This document shows, piece after piece, positions 58,659 through 64,000 of a stretch of 64,000 nt of DNA. Location: the NCBI GenBank assembly GCA_048013815.1, contig CM106585.1:8928001-8992000 (forward strand), in the 5' to 3' direction. The notes beneath the pieces were generated by a model, which was not told where the DNA came from, made no database searches, and saw only the letters and a program-made list of their open reading frames with translations. A program made the position numbers and the translations under genes. Source of the stretch: Setoptus koraiensis. Its lineage: Eukaryota > Animalia > Arthropoda. Positions within the stretch are counted from its first letter, which is position 1. Every line of letters begins with the position of its first letter.

Positions 58659-61268
58659 ATGATCCGGTGCAATCGTCAGTGTTATGCAACAACCATGAGC
58701 AACGATCGTTACAATAATAACACCAATAAGAATAGTGAAGATGTCTGCAGAGAAAATGAAGAGAAAATAAATTATGGTTCAATCGACGGCATAACAACCC
58801 ATGGAATGCAACAGCAACAACCACAACAGCAACAACAATATTGCACCCCCAACTATATCACCTTGGACAATAACAACGGCGAATGCAAACAAACAGCCAC
58901 AAGCAATCATCAGCTTACTGCTGTGTCAGCCAGTAATGACCTATATCATAGACATCATCAGAGTCACCAAAACCAATATTTAAATAATGACATGACAATG
59001 CTACAGCATTGCAACAACAGCAATGGTTGCCATCCAACGTGTCTAATTAGCCGAATGACTGTTGCCGACGATGAAACAACAATCATTACAGCCAACAACA
59101 ATTGTAACAACAGCAGCAACAACAACAACAACAACAACAACATCAATGTCTGCCTAGGTAATGTCAACCAAATTTGCTCTAATAATAATGTTATTGTCAA
59201 CACCACAAGCAACTTTGACAAGGCACTGATTACCACCACAGATACTATTGGTCTAGCTAACACAACTACTACAAGTAGTAGTAATAATGATCATCATTGT
59301 GATAATGATAATAAGACAACGACGACATTATTAGATATGATGGATCAATCATCGATAAGTGCCGAGCTCGCAAATAATGCTAATGATGATAATAACAAAA
59401 TGATGCTAGATAATAATAATATAGGACCGACATATTGCTATAAGTTGTCGATGTTAAGTCCCAGTCATTCATGTTATCACTATGAAAATAAACAACAACA
59501 AGAAGCGCAAATATTGTCACCTAACTCACCTATTCATGGGGAGCCCACCAAAAATATAAATGACTTTCATGGAAAAACCAACAATTGCAGCAACAACAGC
59601 GTGTCTTTAATTAATTCAATGCGTCAAGTGTGCCATTTAAATTCATCTTCAACGAATAATTGTCCAATCAACAAAACTTTGGCTTCGAGTGACTATATTC
59701 CAGTGACAACAACTTTACAAGAAATCAAAACTCATCCATCGTCGAATATCCACGCAGCAGCGCATTTATCCAAATTGCCTTGCGTCCCGCAGCAAAGACA
59801 ACAGCAACAGCAGCAGCAACAACAACAACAACAAAACAGTTTCAGCAGCCGTCAGCATGATGAATTATTTCAACCAGTCTGCAGCACCTTCAAACAACGA
59901 GAAAATATTTTTATAACAGAAACTATGCAAACTAAGAAACTGATACAACTAGAACCTGATAAGACACCTGCAAACAGAGCCGTTAGTGAGGAGAAAATTG
60001 TTCATTCTGCAAGCCAACAACAAGTGTTGAGCGGCGCAAGGTTATCGGCAGCATCAAGTGGGGCCAACGTGGTATCAAATTGGGGTCGGTGTCATAATCA
60101 GTTTTACGAAACTGGCAGCTATTTTGCCAGTGATGGCGACACGCAACAAATTGGATTGAGAGAAAAATCGGCACAGTCTGCGGACAGCGGCGGACAATTC
60201 GTTCAGACAATTAGTTGCAAAGGCAGCATGGACACCGAATCGGCCCCGAAATCTCCGGCCTCTCTGACAAATACTGGGGCTGATTCAACGATTTCAGCAC
60301 CCGCTTGGTTTCATATGGAAACGGCGACCCGGGCCCAGCAGCAACAGTTTGCACCAGGGCAGCAATATAATTGTTGCAGCGACGCTTCAAACAAAGATTT
60401 TGCCTGTCCACCTGTGCAAGAGAACAGAAATTTGTTTTCTGGACAAACATCCAGTGAATCAATTCAAGTGCAATCGACAGCTCAAATTGTGAAGTATCCA
60501 CTAGAGGATGCTCCAGTTACAACAAGCTCCCCAAATACTTTATTGAGTATTGGCCATACAAATTTGTTGCGGCGATATCCCGGTGTCACTGAATTCGCCG
60601 CCAGCTCGAGCGACAGTAAAGCCAATTCTTCGAAGCATCATCACCATTCAAGCGGTCATTCTTCGAAGCAACGCATCGAACACAAACATCAAACAAAAAA
60701 ATTGCTAGACCCATTCAGTGAGGAATGTCGTATACGATCGCCAAAAGAATGTTACTTTTCAGATGTTCAAATACATTCCCAGAGAGAGGCCCAGCAACAA
60801 TACTTGAAACAACAAAACATACTGAGCGGTTTGTCTGAAACCGCATGCCTGCAAACGTTGGACCAAGGTAGCAGCACCGGAAGCAGCGAATTGGCGCACA
60901 CTTCGGCAAGCTTGTCTTCCGGTTCCAATCAAACGACTAGCCCTTCGAACAGTTGTTTGAAGGTTGAGTCGCAGCAGCAACAAGTTGAGTTGGAACAATT
61001 TATAGTGAAAAGAAACGAACGAGAAAGATGGCGCGTTCGAAATGTTAATGAGGCTTTCGACAATCTAAAGAACGCATTGCCGTTGGAGTCGGCACAATTG
61101 AACAAGAGAATGTCCAAAGTAGAGATACTCAGAGCGGCCATCGATTACATAAGAAATTTAGATGTCTTGCTACAGGACCGAAGCGGCAGCGGTCGTAACT
61201 CACCTGTGCAAGAAGCAACACCAAATGACAAAAACAAGAATGGCTCCTCATCGATAGCTACCAAGTGA
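58659..61268 (+). CDS. Achaete-scute-family bHLH transcription factor (ASCb/ASCL3-5-like), intronless, ~869 aa
   Basis: C-terminal FIVKRNERERWRVRNVNEAFDNLKNALP..KRMSKVEILRAAIDYIRNLDVLL. The first in-frame ATG is at 58659 (the ORF track starts at a GTG). The long N-terminus is rich in N/Q/T/S. Confidence 0.85.
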   Translation: MIRCNRQCYATTMSNDRYNNNTNKNSEDVCRENEEKINYGSIDGITTHGMQQQQPQQQQQYCTPNYITLDNNNGECKQTATSNHQLTAVSASNDLYHRHHQSHQNQYLNNDMTMLQHCNNSNGCHPTCLISRMTVADDETTIITANNNCNNSSNNNNNNNNINVCLGNVNQICSNNNVIVNTTSNFDKALITTTDTIGLANTTTTSSSNNDHHCDNDNKTTTTLLDMMDQSSISAELANNANDDNNKMMLDNNNIGPTYCYKLSMLSPSHSCYHYENKQQQEAQILSPNSPIHGEPTKNINDFHGKTNNCSNNSVSLINSMRQVCHLNSSSTNNCPINKTLASSDYIPVTTTLQEIKTHPSSNIHAAAHLSKLPCVPQQRQQQQQQQQQQQQNSFSSRQHDELFQPVCSTFKQRENIFITETMQTKKLIQLEPDKTPANRAVSEEKIVHSASQQQVLSGARLSAASSGANVVSNWGRCHNQFYETGSYFASDGDTQQIGLREKSAQSADSGGQFVQTISCKGSMDTESAPKSPASLTNTGADSTISAPAWFHMETATRAQQQQFAPGQQYNCCSDASNKDFACPPVQENRNLFSGQTSSESIQVQSTAQIVKYPLEDAPVTTSSPNTLLSIGHTNLLRRYPGVTEFAASSSDSKANSSKHHHHSSGHSSKQRIEHKHQTKKLLDPFSEECRIRSPKECYFSDVQIHSQREAQQQYLKQQNILSGLSETACLQTLDQGSSTGSSELAHTSASLSSGSNQTTSPSNSCLKVESQQQQVELEQFIVKRNERERWRVRNVNEAFDNLKNALPLESAQLNKRMSKVEILRAAIDYIRNLDVLLQDRSGSGRNSPVQEATPNDKNKNGSSSIATK

Positions 61269-61666
61269 TTTTTTACATGAACAAAATCCATCTGAAAAAC
61301 TCTGAAAAACCTCTGTTTGTGGCCGCTTCATTCATAATTCATTCTCCTAATTTATGATCTATAGCCAACCAAGAATCTTATGTTTATTATCTTATAATGA
61401 TACAGCCAGACAAAAAAGTCAAAAAACAACGAAAATTGCAAGACGGCTCGCTGATGAAACAGAGGAAACATTGATTGAATGTTAGTTTTAGTAGTTGTGC
61501 AATTTAAAGCAACGACGAGCAGAAATTGATCGAAACCTCTCTAATACTCACAATGATTGATACACAATTCCTATTTATATTTAGATACAATTATATAACA
61601 TATATTTATATGCTGCAATACCTTTTACGTTTCGAATTAAATTATTAAATCGTGTTGAATCAAAAC

Positions 61667-62176
61667 ATGGATTCAGTACCGCTTATTGCGATGTGTTTGA
61701 CTTTTTTCTTTGCCCTGCATCTGACCAACCAAATGCGAGGAGGCCGAAATATCGAATGTCAAAACGTCGAAAATCGTATTTTCGAAAATCGTAACACAAT
61801 TTCAGGAAATGCCTTGTCTCTATTGGAAGTCGCCTATAAAGTCGATAGAGCAGATATGCATCGATCATCTTGCGGCAGAAATAAATATTTCGATTGCGTA
61901 AGCACCGTCGGCATTGTTGATAAACGTCATCTCGAAGATTTGACTCACGTGACCGAGGAGTGTATCTTGGAATGCTGTAGCCGAGTAGATCATGATCAAG
62001 CTGCACAATTGTCATTCGCTCAAATGTTTGATCCATTAGAGAGTCAAACCTGGCGCACTCCGAAGACAAGATCAACACAAAATCAGGCTGCCAAGTCACA
62101 TGCTTCTCAGAACAAAATGAAGGGGAAGATGGCCGATATAATTGAACAATTGAGATTGTCTGATGAAAATCTGTAG
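61667..62176 (+). CDS. Small secreted Cys-containing orphan protein, 169 aa
   Basis: ATG at 61667, hydrophobic leader (VPLIAMCLTFFFALHL), six mature Cys including C-x3-CC, and non-repetitive composition. Confidence 0.6.
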   Translation: MDSVPLIAMCLTFFFALHLTNQMRGGRNIECQNVENRIFENRNTISGNALSLLEVAYKVDRADMHRSSCGRNKYFDCVSTVGIVDKRHLEDLTHVTEECILECCSRVDHDQAAQLSFAQMFDPLESQTWRTPKTRSTQNQAAKSHASQNKMKGKMADIIEQLRLSDENL

Positions 62177-62989
62177 CGATTAGATTTCAGGCCCAGAAAT
62201 GGTGCAACGAGTAGCTGGATACCTGGAACTCAGTGCGCGAGAATCTTGGTCAATCCGCGATATTATGGCGACAGCAAGCCAACGATGAAATACAATCCAA
62301 CTAGAGACGAATGGACTAACGAGAGAAACCTAATGACCAGACCCTGGTCTTGTCTGATCCCACTGTTTCCGAGGAACGAGAAAAACAGGATTCATTTTTA
62401 CTAGAAATGCTCAATTTTCGAGATATAGAGTGCGCTAAAAGTCTTTGGCTCTGTTTACTTGGACATGTTCGATTTATATGCAATCTTTTGTGTAGCGATC
62501 GTCTCTTTGCTATGCTAAAATGGGGCCAAATTGGGTTTGCTCGCTACTTCCGCTTTTTCACAATTTCAATTTTCGCAAAAATGGACCCGTCTCACTACAG
62601 AATTATTATCTTAGAATGGGTCCGGGTTGTTCATCAACGCGCTGGATTGATACAAGCTAGACTATCTCTACTCTCTACCAGTCATTATTGTTTCTGATTT
62701 AACTCGAGCAACACAATTTCGATTCAAAAGAATAAATGATTACGAATGTCTTCTTCAGAAGATTCGAATGATAAAACTGTTGAATGTAGGACGCCTGTTG
62801 TTGTCTATCTCTGTGCACTGCGCGCGTCGAACTTTACTGACGCGCGCGTGCAACACGTCATTACATTGTCTGTCGCATTGCCTCGGCGGATGCAATCATC
62901 TCGCCGTTGCGAAATCACAACGGCTAGATGATTGCATCCGCCAGCAACGCCAGCACTGCCAGTCCGCCAGCATCAACACCAACAGCAAC

Positions 62990-63735
62990 GACCACCATCA
63001 TCACCATCATCATTATTATCGCTATCATTATCATTATTATTATCATTGTTATTACTATTATCATCATCACCAACACCATCATCGTCGTCACCACCAACAT
63101 CATCCGCATCATTAGTGCAGTTGGCGATGTTTCCGAATTGGAAGATCGTCAACTGCACCGTCAATTACGGTGGTGTTGGTGGCCGGTAACAACAACAGCA
63201 GCAACAACAGACCCGCCGACACTATCGACGACAACAACAGCAGCAACAGCACCAGCCACAACAGCACCAACAACAACAGGACCAAGAGCAGCTCCCACCA
63301 CCACCGCACACCGCCGCCCAGCGCCAGAGCTGACGCCATTAACACCAACAACCTCGTTGGCCAGAACCTGTGGTGTTCGGACCAGAGCAACTGATCCGAC
63401 CGGTCCTACAGGTTCTGGCCGACGGATATGCCGGCCGCCGACGTCCTGACGAGTCTCTCGACTCGAGACTCGCCAGGATGGAGGCCGAACGGGCAGCAGC
63501 GGCAGCTCCAACAACATCAGCAGCTCCAACTACAACAGCAACAGCAACACCAACACCAATATCAACACCAATAACAACAGCAGCAGTGGCAACCACAGCA
63601 GCAGGACCAACCATGGATGCCATGGATGTTGATCCGCCACAACAGCCACAACAGCTGCAGGAGCAACAACAGCAACAATAAAATCATTATTATTATCATT
63701 ATCATTATTATTATTACTGTCACTATTATTATAAT
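62990..63735 (+). pseudogene. Decayed low-complexity coding remnant flanked by ATT/ATC repeats (possible retroelement relic)
   Basis: One frame reads poly-Q, then TGA and TAA, then PRWPEPVVFGPEQLIRPVLQVLADGYAGRRRPDESLDSRLARMEAER..PTT..QQ*. (ATT/ATC)n tracts lie at ~63000-63110 and 63683-63735. Confidence 0.3.
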
Positions 63736-64000
63736 AAAAATTGGAGCGAGCTCGCTCGGCCTCTCTTCGTTAGCCAGAACGAAAGGTTATTCAATGATCA
63801 AAAATTGGTGTGCAAAATTTTAAACGGGGAACCTGAGCACCCCGGATGAGGCCCTATCAGGACACCCCATGTTCCCCATTCCGGACGCCTTGATTCAAAA
63901 TAAATAGCGAACGGTGAAAGAAAGTCGAAAAATAAGCACCAGAATATCAGCTGCGATGTTCAATTCATCACAAACAACGGTCAGAAGAATTTTAACCGAT

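Overview
Eukaryotic (arthropod) genomic DNA; no prokaryotic, CRISPR, rRNA or tRNA features are supported. The compact, intron-poor genes, short introns (62-165 bp) and poly-Q/N/H insertions suggest a mite, possibly eriophyoid; this is inference only. Gene models were rebuilt by hand from GT-AG sites and reading phase. In order: DGAT2/MOGAT acyltransferase (-), gustatory receptor (+), a chimeric secreted-protein locus made from a duplicated cathepsin promoter and signal exon (-), a cathepsin L-like protease (-), a ~22 kb Beat-family Ig gene with a 40-bp microexon and two very long repeat-rich introns (-), an F-box protein (-), an orphan ORF (-), a STAT5-like factor with no visible N-domain and two candidate last exons (-), a GMC oxidoreductase (+), PSME3IP1/FAM192A (-), a structured GC-rich island between inverted repeats, an unusually long ASCb-like bHLH factor (+), a secreted Cys-rich orphan (+) and a decayed ORF between ATT repeats. 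Most short ORFs in 13.5-36 kb and 43-50 kb come from microsatellites. No clearly new multi-gene system is demonstrable. The best leads are the exon-duplication chimera, the STAT architecture and the 55.3-55.7 kb structured island.
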